Source: Alphaproteobacteria bacterium (lineage in GTDB: Bacteria; Pseudomonadota; Alphaproteobacteria; Rhizobiales; Beijerinckiaceae). Taken from it: 33,007 nucleotides of DNA. A program made the translations under genes and the position numbers. Where the stretch lies: assembly GCA_009920595.1 (NCBI GenBank), contig RFZR01000001.1, positions 1 to 33,007 of the forward strand. Reading direction: 5' to 3'. This document shows positions 8,187 to 20,497 of this stretch, one piece after another; within the stretch, counting starts at the first letter, position 1; each line of letters begins with the position of its first letter. The notes under the pieces are model-generated. The model saw only the letters and a program-made list of their open reading frames with translations. It had not been told where the DNA came from and ran no database searches.

Positions 8187-9467
8187 CTAGAGACTGAAGA
8201 GATCAAAGTCGCGAGACGTCTCTCGCGGCAAAGCGCCTTTCACATCGATGACAATTTTTGAATCCGGTTTCAAAAGGGATTTCACCAAAGACCATCCCTC
8301 ATCAAGATAGGCTTTGTGGCTCACAGCGAGAATAACAGCATCAGCCGGTTGAAGAGCCTTTCGCTCCAGAAGGTGAATGCCAAACTCATGCTTGACCTCA
8401 TCAGCTTCGGCCCATGGATCATGCGCTTGAACACTCACGCCGAAATTTGTGAGCTCACTGATGATATCAACCACTTTCGAATTGCGGATATCAGGCACGT
8501 CTTCTTTGAAAGTGAGACCCAACACAGTGACGCATGGCTTCGAAGCGCCCGAGGCCAAAAGCCTTTTGATGCATTCGCGTGCGACACGACCACCCACGGC
8601 ATCATTGGTGCGACGGCCGGCCAAAATGACTTCCGGATGGCAGCCTGCTTTTTGCGCGCGATAGGTGAGATAATAAGGATCAACGCCGATACAATGTCCA
8701 CCCACAAGACCCGGACGGAAGGGCAAGAAATTCCATTTTGTTCCGGCGGCCGCCAACACATCAAGTGTGTTGATGCCTAAGGCTTGAAACACTTCAGAGA
8801 GTTCATTCATCAAAGCGATGTTGAGATCACGTTGTGTGTTCTCAATCACTTTCGCCGCCTCTGCGACTTTGATCGAGGGCGCTTTATGAATGCCCGCGGT
8901 CACCACGGAACCATAAACATCAGCAACAATTTGCAATGTTTCTGGTGTTTGTCCGGAAACAACTTTCTTGATCGTTTCAAAACGATGAACATGATCGCCG
9001 GGATTGATGCGTTCGGGTGAATAGCCAACTGTGAAATCACGACCGGATTTTAAACCAGAAATTTTTTCAAGAACGGGAATGCAATCTTCTTCGGTCGCAC
9101 CGGGATAGACGGTCGATTCATAAACAACGATGTCATTCTTTTTGAGCGCTTGTCCGACGGTTTCGGAGGCTTTGATCAGCGCGGTCAAATCCGGACGGCG
9201 CGCTTCATCAATCGGTGTTGGCACTGTGACGATGAAAAAGTCTGCTTGTTTCAATGCCGCGCGGTCATCAGTAAAGGTGAGGGATTTTTGTTTCAGTCGT
9301 TGAGATTCGACTTCATTGGTGCGATCATGCCCCTTGTTCAATTCGGCAATGCGGCGCGCATCAATGTCAAATCCAATGACAGGAACATTGGAGGCGGCAA
9401 AGGATACAGCCACAGGCAGACCGACATAGCCAAGGCCGATGACGGCAATTTTACGGGAATGAGGCAC
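8187..9467 (-). CDS. Nucleotide-sugar 6-dehydrogenase, TviB/WbpO type (UDP-GlcNAc/UDP-GalNAc to the uronic acid)
   Basis: KIAVIGLGYVGLP is the Rossmann motif. The blocks TVPTPI, DIVVYESTVYPG, GYSPERINPGD, KVAEAAKVIENTQRDLNIAL, WNFLPFRPGLVGGHCIGVDPYYL and FKE..PDIRNS are characteristic of the TviB/WbpO/Cap5O branch. The start is GTG, with GGAG 9 nt upstream. Confidence 0.9.
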   Translation of the reverse strand: MPHSRKIAVIGLGYVGLPVAVSFAASNVPVIGFDIDARRIAELNKGHDRTNEVESQRLKQKSLTFTDDRAALKQADFFIVTVPTPIDEARRPDLTALIKASETVGQALKKNDIVVYESTVYPGATEEDCIPVLEKISGLKSGRDFTVGYSPERINPGDHVHRFETIKKVVSGQTPETLQIVADVYGSVVTAGIHKAPSIKVAEAAKVIENTQRDLNIALMNELSEVFQALGINTLDVLAAAGTKWNFLPFRPGLVGGHCIGVDPYYLTYRAQKAGCHPEVILAGRRTNDAVGGRVARECIKRLLASGASKPCVTVLGLTFKEDVPDIRNSKVVDIISELTNFGVSVQAHDPWAEADEVKHEFGIHLLERKALQPADAVILAVSHKAYLDEGWSLVKSLLKPDSKIVIDVKGALPRETSRDFDLFSL

Positions 9468-9497
9468 TCTATATCTCCGGGGAAGCTGGGTGGCCGT

Positions 9498-10649
9498 TTA
9501 AATCAGTCGGGGCGCGACTTCAATCGGCCTTTCGGTGAGTGAGGTGTATAAAGAAAGACTGGCGGCACCGATGGCGGTTGCTGAAAAGCGTGTTTCAACA
9601 AAAGCGCGGGCCGCAGTGCCTAGCGCATGTCGCAATGCAGCATCATTGGCGAGGCGTGAAATCGCCGCTGCCAGAGACTGAGCATCATCAACAGGCACCA
9701 AAAGACCTGTTTTTCCATCAATCGCGACATCGCGGCAGCCTGGAACATCGGTCGCGACCAGTGGACGGCCAAGCGCTGCGGCTTCAAGGAGCGCTTTGGG
9801 TAGCCCTTCGCGGCGGGAGGGAAGTGCGGCGATATGGCATTGCGCCCAGAGTGTTTCGATCTCTTCAATATGGCCAAGCCATGAAATGCCCGGAAGCGAC
9901 GCGAAGTGCGCAAGCTCTTCGGGCTTAATCGCGCTTCGGTTTGAAAGATCGGGATCACCCGCGAGAAGCAAGCGGACATCTTGTCCGGCCGCCTGGAGAC
10001 TTTGCTGCGCCGCGACCAAAGGCCGAATGCCTTTATCTTCTAACATACGCGCGGCGACGCCGACGGTAATCGGTCCCATAGGCTCGGGAAGTGGTTTTAA
10101 TTTGTCCGTATCAACGCCCGATCCGGCAACGAGGCGGATTTTATCAGGCGCAACACCGATTGCTTCGACAGCTGCGCGGTCATCCGGATTTTGGACAACG
10201 GTGAGCGTTAAAGGTCGGTTCAAGAGCAAGCGCAGAGCGGTTGAAAGGCCGAAGCGGAGAAGTCGCCCGATAGGGTCGAGGCCGATAAAGCCGGAACCAA
10301 GGCCCGCGATTGTGTTAACGCTCGGGAGCTTAAGACCTGTGGCGGCAAGCTGCCCGAAAATGATCGGAACAAGTGCGACGTGATGCACGACATCGGGCCG
10401 TAAATCTCTGTAAAGATTACGAATTTCTATGATATCCCGAATAATCTGATGAGGTTTTCGACGTAACTTGCTCCAGCCAAGCGCATGGAAGGTGAACCCT
10501 TCGGCGAGGATCGGCGCGCGATAGCCGACATCGCGTGTTGCGACATGAACCTCGAAGCCGGCATCCCGCGCCGCGCGCGCCATCGGCAGCCGATGCGAGA
10601 CGAAGTATCGGTCATCAGTAACAAGGAAAAGAAGACGGGGCACGACCAC
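9498..10649 (-). CDS. Glycosyltransferase family 4 (GT-B, retaining)
   Basis: The N-terminus LLFLVTDDRYFVSHRLPMARAARDAGFEVHV resembles the Glyco_trans_4_4 domain. The C-terminal EGLPKALLEAAALGRPLVATDVPG matches the E-x7-E motif region. The start is GTG. Confidence 0.85.
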   Translation of the reverse strand: MVVPRLLFLVTDDRYFVSHRLPMARAARDAGFEVHVATRDVGYRAPILAEGFTFHALGWSKLRRKPHQIIRDIIEIRNLYRDLRPDVVHHVALVPIIFGQLAATGLKLPSVNTIAGLGSGFIGLDPIGRLLRFGLSTALRLLLNRPLTLTVVQNPDDRAAVEAIGVAPDKIRLVAGSGVDTDKLKPLPEPMGPITVGVAARMLEDKGIRPLVAAQQSLQAAGQDVRLLLAGDPDLSNRSAIKPEELAHFASLPGISWLGHIEEIETLWAQCHIAALPSRREGLPKALLEAAALGRPLVATDVPGCRDVAIDGKTGLLVPVDDAQSLAAAISRLANDAALRHALGTAARAFVETRFSATAIGAASLSLYTSLTERPIEVAPRLI

Positions 10650-12476
<1,827 letters not shown>

Positions 12477-12486
12477 GGAGAAAACG

Positions 12487-13480
12487 AGTGGATCTTCGCG
12501 GTAAAAAATTTGTGGTGATTGGCGGCGCTGGCCTTATCGGTTCCCATGCTGTTGATCAGCTCGTCAAAGAAGATGTCGGCGAGATTTTGATTTATGATAA
12601 TTTCGTACGCGGCACGATGGAAAATCTATCGGAATCTTTGAAAGATCCGCGCGTGAAGATTTTCGAAGCGGGTGGCGATATCACGCAGACCGATATTCTC
12701 GATGCAGCACTCAAAGGTGCCGATGGCGTGTTTCAATTCGCAGCGCTCTGGCTCTTGCAATGCCATGATTACCCGCGCACCGCATTTGAAGTGAACGTCA
12801 AGGGCATGTTTAACGTGCTTGATAGCTGTGTGCGTAACAATGTGAAGCGCCTTGTGTGGTCTTCGTCCGCTTCTGTGTATGGAGACGCCGTTGAAGAGCC
12901 GATGACGGAAGATCATCCGTTCAACAATAAGAATTTCTATGGCGCGACGAAGATATGCGGCGAAGCGATGGCGCGGGCTTACCATTTCCGCTACGGCCTC
13001 GATTATGTCGGCTTGCGTTATATGAATGTGTATGGCCCACGGCAGGATTATCGCGGTGCCTATATCGCTGTGATCATGAAAATGCTTGATGCGATTGATC
13101 GCGGTGAAGGCCCGACGATTTTGGGTGATGGGTCGGAAGCCTTTGACTTTGTGGCCGTTGAAGATTGCGCGCGTTCAAATCTCTGCGCCATGCGTTCTGA
13201 AGCAACAGATCGTTTCTATAATGTAGGCACCGGTAAGCGCACATCACTTAAAGAAATTGCTGAGATGCTTCTCAATCTCACGGGTTGTAATCAACCCATC
13301 AATTATGCGCCGCGTTCGCAAGCGACCCTTGTGCGGAACCGCGTGGGCTCACCTGTGCGCGCATCGAAAGAAATCGGGTTCACTGCCAATATCGATCTTG
13401 AAGAAGGCTTACGCCGCTTGATTGATTGGCGCGCAAACCACAAGGCTGAAGTTGAAGCACGTCGTGCAAAATCGGCGTGA
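12487..13480 (+). CDS. NAD-dependent epimerase/dehydratase (extended SDR; WbpP/TviC-like C4-epimerase is the most likely role)
   Basis: The motifs are VIGGAGLIGSH (GxxGxxG), DNFVRGTMENL, SSSASVYG and YGATK (YxxxK). GTG at 12487 is preceded by GAGGAG. TTG at 12473 is the alternative start. Confidence 0.8.
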
Positions 13481-13499
13481 GCGTAGAAAGTAATCATCC

Positions 13500-14660
13500 A
13501 TGACCATGGCAAAACGAACTGTTCAAATTGCGCTTCCCTCAATGGGCGAGGAAGAATGGCAAGCTGTGCGTGCGCCGATTGAATCAGGCTGGCTCACACA
13601 AGGCCCGAAAGTTGCCGAGTTTGAAAAGCAGTTTGCCGAGCGGCACAATGTGAAACACGCGCTTGCGACAACAAGCTGCACGACCGCATTACATCTTGCG
13701 CTCGCCGCAATGGATATCGGCCCGGGTGATGAAGTGATTGTGCCGTCTTTCACATGGGTCGCGACCGCAAACGCCGTGCTTTATTGCAATGCGATTCCCG
13801 TCTTGTGTGATGTTGATCCGCGCACGAACAATATCGATCCGGCTTCTGTGGCCTCGAAAGTGACCGAACGCACAAAAGCGGTGATGCCTGTGCATCTCTT
13901 TGGACTTTGCGCCGATATGGACGCTCTCCGCGCTGTTTTGCCAAAACATGTGAAGATTGTCGAAGACGGTGCTTGTGCTGCTGGCGCATCTTACAAAGGC
14001 ACGCCTGCTGGCGCGTTAGGTGATGCGGGATGTTTTTCATTCCACCCGCGTAAGTCTATCACCACGGGTGAAGGCGGCATGATGACAACGGTTCATGATG
14101 ATGTCGCAGCAAAGGCGCAAATCTTGCGCAATCACGGCGCGTCAATTTCTGAAGAACAGCGGCATCGTGGAGCGCAGCCTTATCTTCTGCCAGACTTTGA
14201 TGAATTGGGTTACAATTATCGCATGACCGATATTCAGGCGGCTGTCGGTCTTGTGCAGATGACAAAGCTTGATCGCTTCATCGATGAGCGTGACACGGCC
14301 GCACGTCGTTATCGTCAGGAGCTCGCGGATATTGAATGGCTTCGTCAACCTGTTGTGCCGAATGATGTGCGCCATGCGTGGCAAGCCTATGTGACTTATG
14401 TCGATCCGAAGCTCGCGCCGATGCCGCGTAATGAAATCATGGCAAAACTTCATGCGCGCGGTGTAGCGACACGCCCCGGCACACATGCGATCCATATGCT
14501 CGGTTATTATCGTGAACGCTACAACATCAAGCCGGATGATTTCCCGGGTGCGAAAGATTGTGAAAACAACACAATGGCGATCCCGCTGCATAATCGCATG
14601 AATGAAGATGATTATGCTTATGTGATCGAATGTTTGCGCGATATTGCAAAGGGCCATTGA
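13500..14660 (+). CDS. DegT/DnrJ/EryC1/StrS-family PLP-dependent sugar aminotransferase (substrate unassigned)
   Basis: The blocks GWLTQGPKVAEFEKQFA, TSCTTALHLAL, GDEVIVPSFTWVATANAV, SFHPRKSITTGEGG (the PLP lysine region) and GYNYRMTDIQAAVG fit the family. Confidence 0.85.
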   Translation: MTMAKRTVQIALPSMGEEEWQAVRAPIESGWLTQGPKVAEFEKQFAERHNVKHALATTSCTTALHLALAAMDIGPGDEVIVPSFTWVATANAVLYCNAIPVLCDVDPRTNNIDPASVASKVTERTKAVMPVHLFGLCADMDALRAVLPKHVKIVEDGACAAGASYKGTPAGALGDAGCFSFHPRKSITTGEGGMMTTVHDDVAAKAQILRNHGASISEEQRHRGAQPYLLPDFDELGYNYRMTDIQAAVGLVQMTKLDRFIDERDTAARRYRQELADIEWLRQPVVPNDVRHAWQAYVTYVDPKLAPMPRNEIMAKLHARGVATRPGTHAIHMLGYYRERYNIKPDDFPGAKDCENNTMAIPLHNRMNEDDYAYVIECLRDIAKGH

Positions 14661-14661
14661 T

Positions 14662-15582
14662 ATGAGTTCTCCGGGCATTCCGCGTTCGGCTGAATTTGTG
14701 TCTGCCGCTCAAGAACAAACACGCGAGACCTTTGGGTTCAAATGGGCCAAGCGCGATACGTTCGAAGGCTCTGTGGCTGACCATATGCGCAATTGGCTTG
14801 TGCAGAAATATGGCGACGTTCCGCATGCGCCTTGGTTTTTCAAAGATCACGGCCCGAACCCGATCATTCTGGATGCCGGCTGTGGCGCGGCGTTGTCTGG
14901 CATTGCGCTTTTTGGTCCAGTGATGGATCGCGTGCGTTATCTCGGTGTTGACGTATCAACTGCCGTTGATGTTGCGAAGAAGCGCTTTGAAGAGCGCGGA
15001 TGGCAGGCCGGATTCATTCAATCGGATCTTAATCAGATTCCGGTGAAGGAGCGTTCGGTCGATATCGTCTTCTCGGAAGGTGTCTTGCATCACACGGACG
15101 ATACGTTCAAAGCGCTCGAGGCTGTCACAAAACATGTAAAGCATGGCGGCCGCGTAGTCTTTTATGTGTATCGCAAAAAGGGCCCAGTGCGCGAATATAC
15201 GGATGATTATATCCGTGACAAATTGCAGAAGATGACGCCGGAAGAGGGCTGGAAGGCGATGGAGCCTTTGTCCGAACTTGGCAAGATTTTGGGCGACCTC
15301 AATATCGAAATCGACATCAAGAACAAGATTGATCTTCTTGATATTCCGGCGGGCAAGATCAATCTGCAGCGCTTTTTCTATTGGCATGTGCTGAAAGCCT
15401 TTTATCGCCCTGAGATGACGCTCGATGAGATGAACCATATCAATTTCGATTGGTATGCTCCGAAAAATGCGCGTCGTCATACGGTCGAGGAAGTGCGCGG
15501 CTGGTGCAAGACCTTAAATCTCGATATCGAACATGAATTCGCTGAAGAAGCAGGCATCAGCGTGATCGCAAGATTGAAATAA
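14662..15582 (+). CDS. Class I SAM-dependent methyltransferase
   Basis: ILDAGCGAALSG is SAM-binding motif I. VDIVFSEGVLHH and GGRVVFYVY are post-I motifs. ATG at 14662 lies 1 nt after the preceding stop and is preferred over the overlapping TTG at 14644. Confidence 0.8.
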   Translation: MSSPGIPRSAEFVSAAQEQTRETFGFKWAKRDTFEGSVADHMRNWLVQKYGDVPHAPWFFKDHGPNPIILDAGCGAALSGIALFGPVMDRVRYLGVDVSTAVDVAKKRFEERGWQAGFIQSDLNQIPVKERSVDIVFSEGVLHHTDDTFKALEAVTKHVKHGGRVVFYVYRKKGPVREYTDDYIRDKLQKMTPEEGWKAMEPLSELGKILGDLNIEIDIKNKIDLLDIPAGKINLQRFFYWHVLKAFYRPEMTLDEMNHINFDWYAPKNARRHTVEEVRGWCKTLNLDIEHEFAEEAGISVIARLK

Positions 15583-15583
15583 C

Positions 15584-17464
15584 ATGTGCGGCATAGCGGG
15601 CATTTATAATTTCGACGGCGCGCCTGCTTCACCGGTGACGGTGAAAGCAATGACGGAAGCGATTGCTCATCGCGGGCCCGATGGCGAAGGTCAATTTACA
15701 GACGGGCCTGTTGCGCTTGGCCATCGCCGTTTGTCGATCATTGATTTGTCAGATGCCGCGCATCAGCCCATGCCATCGGCTGACGGTCGTTTGGTCATCA
15801 CTTACAATGGTGAAGTCTATAATTTCCAAGAATTGCGCATTGATCTTGAAGCGAAAGGTCATGCCTTCCGCTCGCGTGGCGACAGTGAAGTGCTGGTCAC
15901 GGCGCTGCGTGAATGGGGCGATGCTGCGGTTTCGAAATTCAACGGCATGTTTGCCTTTGCCGCATGGGACCGTTCGTCCAAGCGCTTAGTGATTGCGCGT
16001 GATCGCTTCGGCGTGAAGCCCGTTTATTATTGGAGCGATGGCAAGACATTGCTTTTTGCTTCAGAAATCAAGGCGTTTCTGAAATTTCCGGGATTTAAGG
16101 CGAAGCTCGATCGCCGCAATCTCGTTGAATATATGACATTCCAGAATTTCATCTCCGATCAAACTTTGTTCGAAGGTGTACGCATTCTCCCCGCGGGTTC
16201 AATGCTGGTGATCGAACAAGGCATGCGTGAAGTGCCAGAGCCCATTAAATATTGGGACTTCCGTTTTGTTGAAGATTCTTCGCTTACAGATCGCGCTGAA
16301 GTCGAGCGCGAAGTGGATCGTCTCTTTCAACAGGCAGTGAGCCGCCAGCTGATCTCCGATGTGCCGGTCGGCTCTTATCTTTCAGGCGGCATGGACTCAG
16401 GCTCCATCACGGCGATTGCAGCACGCCAGCGGCCGATGATTCATACGTTCACCGTCGGCTTTGATATGTCGTCGGCCTCGGGCATCGAAATGGGCTTTGA
16501 CGAGCGCAAAGCCGCCGAGCGCATGTCGTATAAATTCAACACCGAACATTATGAGATGGTGTTGAAGGCCGGTGATATGGAGCGCTGCCTCAAATCGCTC
16601 GTTTGGCATCTGGAAGAGCCGCGTGTCGGCCAGTCTTACCCGAATTATTATGCGGCAAAGCTGGCAAGCCGCTTCGGTAAAGTCGTGCTCTCAGGCGCGG
16701 GCGGCGACGAACTCTTTGCTGGCTATCCATGGCGCTATTACCGCGCAGCAACTGCACGCGGCTTTGATGATTATGTCGACCGCTATTATGAAAATTGGCA
16801 GCGGCTTGTGCCGTCCGAGTCGGCTGCGGCTTTGCTTGCACCGCTTGGTGCAGAAGGTGCGTCATGCGATCCGCGCGAGATTTTCCGTCGCGTGTTTGAT
16901 CATCATGATGCGGAATTGAAAACACCGCAGGACTACATCAATCACTCGCTTTATTTCGAAGCGAAGACGTTTCTGCACGGCCTGCTTGTTGTCGAAGACA
17001 AGCTCTCAATGGCGCAATCGCTCGAAAGCCGCGTACCGTTTCTCGATAATGATCTCGTTGATTTTGCCGGTCGTGTGCCCGTCAATATGAAGCTCGCGAA
17101 TTTGGGCGAAGTCATCAAGCTCGACGAGAATACGCCGGGCTCAAAGACCGCGACCTATTTCGGCAAGACGAATGACGGCAAGTTGATCCTGCGTTCGGCG
17201 ATGGCAAAATATATTCCCGAAGAGATCGTGCAGGCTCTTAAGCAAGGGTTCTCGGCACCGGATGCAAGCTGGTTCCGTGGCGAGAGCATCGATTATGTGC
17301 GCCGCATATTGATGAATCCGAATGCACGGCTTTGGTCTTATCTTGATCGTACAACCGCTCAATCCCTGATCAGTGATCATCTTGAGGGTCGTCAGAACCG
17401 TCGCCTACTCATTTGGTCGCTTCTTTATCTTGAAGTCTGGCTTGAGACATTCGGGATTTCATGA
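15584..17464 (+). CDS. asnB: Asparagine synthase (glutamine-hydrolysing) family amidotransferase, WbpS-like
   Basis: The N-terminus is MCGIAG (Ntn Cys nucleophile). HRGPDG, YNGEVYNF and RDRFGVKPVYY are present, as is SGGMDSGS (PP-loop). The length of 626 aa is typical of glycan-cluster AsnB paralogs. Confidence 0.9.
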   Translation: MCGIAGIYNFDGAPASPVTVKAMTEAIAHRGPDGEGQFTDGPVALGHRRLSIIDLSDAAHQPMPSADGRLVITYNGEVYNFQELRIDLEAKGHAFRSRGDSEVLVTALREWGDAAVSKFNGMFAFAAWDRSSKRLVIARDRFGVKPVYYWSDGKTLLFASEIKAFLKFPGFKAKLDRRNLVEYMTFQNFISDQTLFEGVRILPAGSMLVIEQGMREVPEPIKYWDFRFVEDSSLTDRAEVEREVDRLFQQAVSRQLISDVPVGSYLSGGMDSGSITAIAARQRPMIHTFTVGFDMSSASGIEMGFDERKAAERMSYKFNTEHYEMVLKAGDMERCLKSLVWHLEEPRVGQSYPNYYAAKLASRFGKVVLSGAGGDELFAGYPWRYYRAATARGFDDYVDRYYENWQRLVPSESAAALLAPLGAEGASCDPREIFRRVFDHHDAELKTPQDYINHSLYFEAKTFLHGLLVVEDKLSMAQSLESRVPFLDNDLVDFAGRVPVNMKLANLGEVIKLDENTPGSKTATYFGKTNDGKLILRSAMAKYIPEEIVQALKQGFSAPDASWFRGESIDYVRRILMNPNARLWSYLDRTTAQSLISDHLEGRQNRRLLIWSLLYLEVWLETFGIS

Positions 17465-18045
17465 TGAGTGACCCGATCACACACCTCGCTTTGGAATTGC
17501 GCAAGCTCAAAGAGCAACGCGATGCAGAGCTGCTTGCAACATATAACCGTTCGCTTCCCTTTGCCGATGCTCAATTTGATCGCTGGGAACGCGCAAAGGC
17601 TTTGGGCTTTGGCGACAAGACGAGCATTTATGATTCAAGCTTTATCTTTGGTGATGTGAAAGTTGGCTTTGAAACTTGGATCGGGCCTTTCACGCTGCTG
17701 GATGGATCGGGTGGCGGCTTGGTGATTGGCGATCATTGTTCGATTTCCGCAGGCGTTCACATTTATACGCATGACACAGTGCTCTGGGCTGTCTCCGGCG
17801 GTGTACAGACCGCGAGGAAGAGCGCCGTGAAGATCGGCTCGAACACCTATATTGGTGCGCAAAGCGTAATCGTCGCAGGCGTTACAATCGGTGAACGTTG
17901 CGTGATCGCCGCAAATTCTCTCGTAAACCGCGATGTGCCCGATGGCACGATTGTTGGGGGCACACCGGCGCGGACGCTCGGGCATGTTGAAGGCGAAGGT
18001 GCGGATGCGCGCCTTGTCTTTTCGCGTCAGGGGGATCGCGCATGA
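17461..18045 (+). CDS. Hexapeptide-repeat O-acetyltransferase (Maa/LacA-like)
   Basis: A helical N-terminus is followed by LbH repeats. IGDHCSISAGVHIYTHD resembles the Maa/LacA active-site His region. YIGAQSVIVAGVTIGERCVIAANSLVNRDVPDGTIVGGTPAR is also present. The start forms an ATGA overlap with asnB. Confidence 0.8.
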   Translation: MMSDPITHLALELRKLKEQRDAELLATYNRSLPFADAQFDRWERAKALGFGDKTSIYDSSFIFGDVKVGFETWIGPFTLLDGSGGGLVIGDHCSISAGVHIYTHDTVLWAVSGGVQTARKSAVKIGSNTYIGAQSVIVAGVTIGERCVIAANSLVNRDVPDGTIVGGTPARTLGHVEGEGADARLVFSRQGDRA

Positions 18046-19310
18046 CCGCTCATGATCGTCTTTCCCAAAGCGAGCCGCGGCGTCTCATCATGATTGGCTA
18101 TGACAGTCTTGAGAAACTTGTCTCGGACGGAAAAATCCGCCTTGATGATCTCAAGACTCTCGAATTGCAATTCAATTTCGGGAAAATGTTTGACGAAGTT
18201 TTATACATCGTGCCGTTCGGTCGGAAAAATGACGACCGACGTATCAGTGATACAATTGTCTATCGCGAATTGGCTTTTGAGCGAAAAGGTGCCGGCATTC
18301 GTAAACTTCTTTCAGGTTTGCAACATATCGGCAGCGCTATAAACTTTTTGAATGCTGCCGTGAAATCATTCAAGCCAGATGTGGTGCAAACCGTTGGACC
18401 ACATTATACGGCGGCCCTGGCGCTTCTCGCGCGCAAGGTTCGTGCGCTTCCGAAAGTCTGTTTCATTGAAGCCTATTGGGAAGATATTTTGCCCTGGCAG
18501 CATTATTTTCCACCGCTCATTAAGCGCCTTCTGCCTTTCTGGTATCGGCTCGTTTATCGTCTTTTTGATCGTTATTCGGGCGCCCCTTCGCTTGCTCCCG
18601 AATTTTATACACGGCGTGGTATGGCGCTTGAAAAAATCTCGCCTTGGATTCAACCTTTGGATTTCTCTGAAGTTAATGAAGCGAAGGCTTCTGATGCGCC
18701 ACCATCTATGCTGGCTGCAGCAACGCCCCGCATTGTGGTCTTGGGCCGATTGCATCCTGAAAAATTGGCACCCGACGCGTTTCACATTTTTGCCGATGCG
18801 GTTGGTAAAGATCTCAAAGGTTCATTGATTTTTGTTGGCGAGGGAGCGGACCGCGCTGTCATTGAAGCGGAAGCGCAGGCGCGCGGTTTACAGGACCGCA
18901 TTGTAATCACAGGGCAAGTCTCGCATCGTATCGCGATGGCCGCCTTGAAAGCGAGTGATTACTCAATTGCGCCTATGCAGGGTTCAGCGCTTCTCGAAAC
19001 TTTGGCGGCGGGCATTCCCACAATTGCCTATGATCATGAGACACATGCGGCGCTGATTGAGACGGGTGTGAATGGCATTCTCGTTCCGCATCGAGATGTG
19101 AAGGCGGCAGCCTCCCAATTACGTGACTTGTTGAATGATCCCGCTTTGGCCAAAGTGCTCGGTCAGAATGCGTATGATCGTGTTTCTGAACGCTATAATG
19201 TCAATTCGATGCGCAAATTATTAAAAACATCTTTTGTGGAAGCTTATTGCGCGCGGACAAAGACTTCAGAGCCAACTCATAATTCGCATGAAGAAAGCCT
19301 TGTCGCATGA
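18042..19310 (+). CDS. Glycosyltransferase family 4
   Basis: The C-terminal GT-B domain reads LGRLHPEK...FVGEGADR...SALLETLAAGIPTIAYD...NGILVP. The start forms an ATGA overlap with the upstream gene. Confidence 0.8.
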   Translation: MTAHDRLSQSEPRRLIMIGYDSLEKLVSDGKIRLDDLKTLELQFNFGKMFDEVLYIVPFGRKNDDRRISDTIVYRELAFERKGAGIRKLLSGLQHIGSAINFLNAAVKSFKPDVVQTVGPHYTAALALLARKVRALPKVCFIEAYWEDILPWQHYFPPLIKRLLPFWYRLVYRLFDRYSGAPSLAPEFYTRRGMALEKISPWIQPLDFSEVNEAKASDAPPSMLAAATPRIVVLGRLHPEKLAPDAFHIFADAVGKDLKGSLIFVGEGADRAVIEAEAQARGLQDRIVITGQVSHRIAMAALKASDYSIAPMQGSALLETLAAGIPTIAYDHETHAALIETGVNGILVPHRDVKAAASQLRDLLNDPALAKVLGQNAYDRVSERYNVNSMRKLLKTSFVEAYCARTKTSEPTHNSHEESLVA

Positions 19311-20497
19311 CGACACGCTTTCTTTTTGTTGATGTGAATGCGAACTTCGTCAACCCAACGCGCAACCTCCTGCCTTTGGCGCTTTTGAAAGCGGGGGATA
19401 CTCGCTTCTTCGGGCCGGGTTATGTATCGTCCGAGTGTTTGGCGCGCGGACTATCCTCTTTTATTGATCAAGAGGGCCCCTTTGATGTTGTTATTTCGAA
19501 CACGTTAGTCCTCTTCTCCGATAGCGGCGATCCCGCTCATTATGCATCGACGCTTCTGACATCTTATGCTTATAATGGCCAACAGGAAGATTTGCTTTAT
19601 TTGCCGATCATCGCCAGACAATTCGCAGCGCTGGCGTTACCACGTGTGGCCATTCTCCTTGAAAATGATTTTTATAATTGGACAGCGCGCGAAGCGGATA
19701 AGATTTTATCTTGTGCGGATTTCTTCATCGGTTTTGGGGAAGAATTTTCACCCCTTCGCGCAGAATTAACCCATCTACAACAGGAACGCTTTGCCAAGAG
19801 CGCAACGGATATCTGGTCTGATTTTTCAAGACTTCATCGGGCTCGTGTCGCCTCACTTCTTCATTTCATTTCTGACGCTGAGTTTTTGATCTCGCCACTT
19901 TCGTCTCGCGCTTTGCCATGGTCGGTAATGGGTGTTCAATATCATGCGCGTTCTGTCGCGCGCGATGCTTTGCAACGCGCAGGCATCGATCCTGTTACCG
20001 ATACAAAATTTCGTAAATTCATATCGCTTTTGAAAAAAACACATGTGATGCGGGGTGAGAAGCGCTGGGTACAAAAAGCGCTCAATGGAAGTTTTATGTC
20101 GCGTTTGGCTCAAACGCGCTACTCTTTCACCTGTGGATCGGGGTTGGAAATGCCCATCCGGAAATTTTTTGAGATTCCGGCCGTTGGGTGCCTTTTGGTT
20201 TGCCGTCGCTTTAGAGGTTTTGAAGAAGCGGGTTTCCGCGATGGCGTAAATTGTCTTGTCGCCGAGCCGGATGACCTCGCTGATATTCACTTTGAATTGA
20301 ATGCTAATCCGGAACGCTGTGAAGCCATGGCGCGCGCAGGTCAAAAACTCATTCTTGATCGGCATTCGGTTGACGCGCGGGCGCGTGATTTGAGTCTGAC
20401 TCTTAACGCAATTGTTTCAAACCATTTTCATGGCAGTCACTGGATTGACGGACATCATGTCTTGCGGCCTCCCGCAGCGAAGGGTGAGGCATCATGA
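19307..20497 (+). CDS. CgeB-like / Glyco_trans_1_2-type putative glycosyltransferase
   Basis: The C-terminal region MPIRKFFEIPAVGCLLVCRRFRGFEEAGFRDGVNCLVAEPDDL...ARAGQKLILDRHS resembles the CgeB/DUF3880 GT1-like C-terminal domain. I do not recognise the N-terminal half. ATGA overlaps occur at both ends. Confidence 0.55.
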   Translation: MTTRFLFVDVNANFVNPTRNLLPLALLKAGDTRFFGPGYVSSECLARGLSSFIDQEGPFDVVISNTLVLFSDSGDPAHYASTLLTSYAYNGQQEDLLYLPIIARQFAALALPRVAILLENDFYNWTAREADKILSCADFFIGFGEEFSPLRAELTHLQQERFAKSATDIWSDFSRLHRARVASLLHFISDAEFLISPLSSRALPWSVMGVQYHARSVARDALQRAGIDPVTDTKFRKFISLLKKTHVMRGEKRWVQKALNGSFMSRLAQTRYSFTCGSGLEMPIRKFFEIPAVGCLLVCRRFRGFEEAGFRDGVNCLVAEPDDLADIHFELNANPERCEAMARAGQKLILDRHSVDARARDLSLTLNAIVSNHFHGSHWIDGHHVLRPPAAKGEAS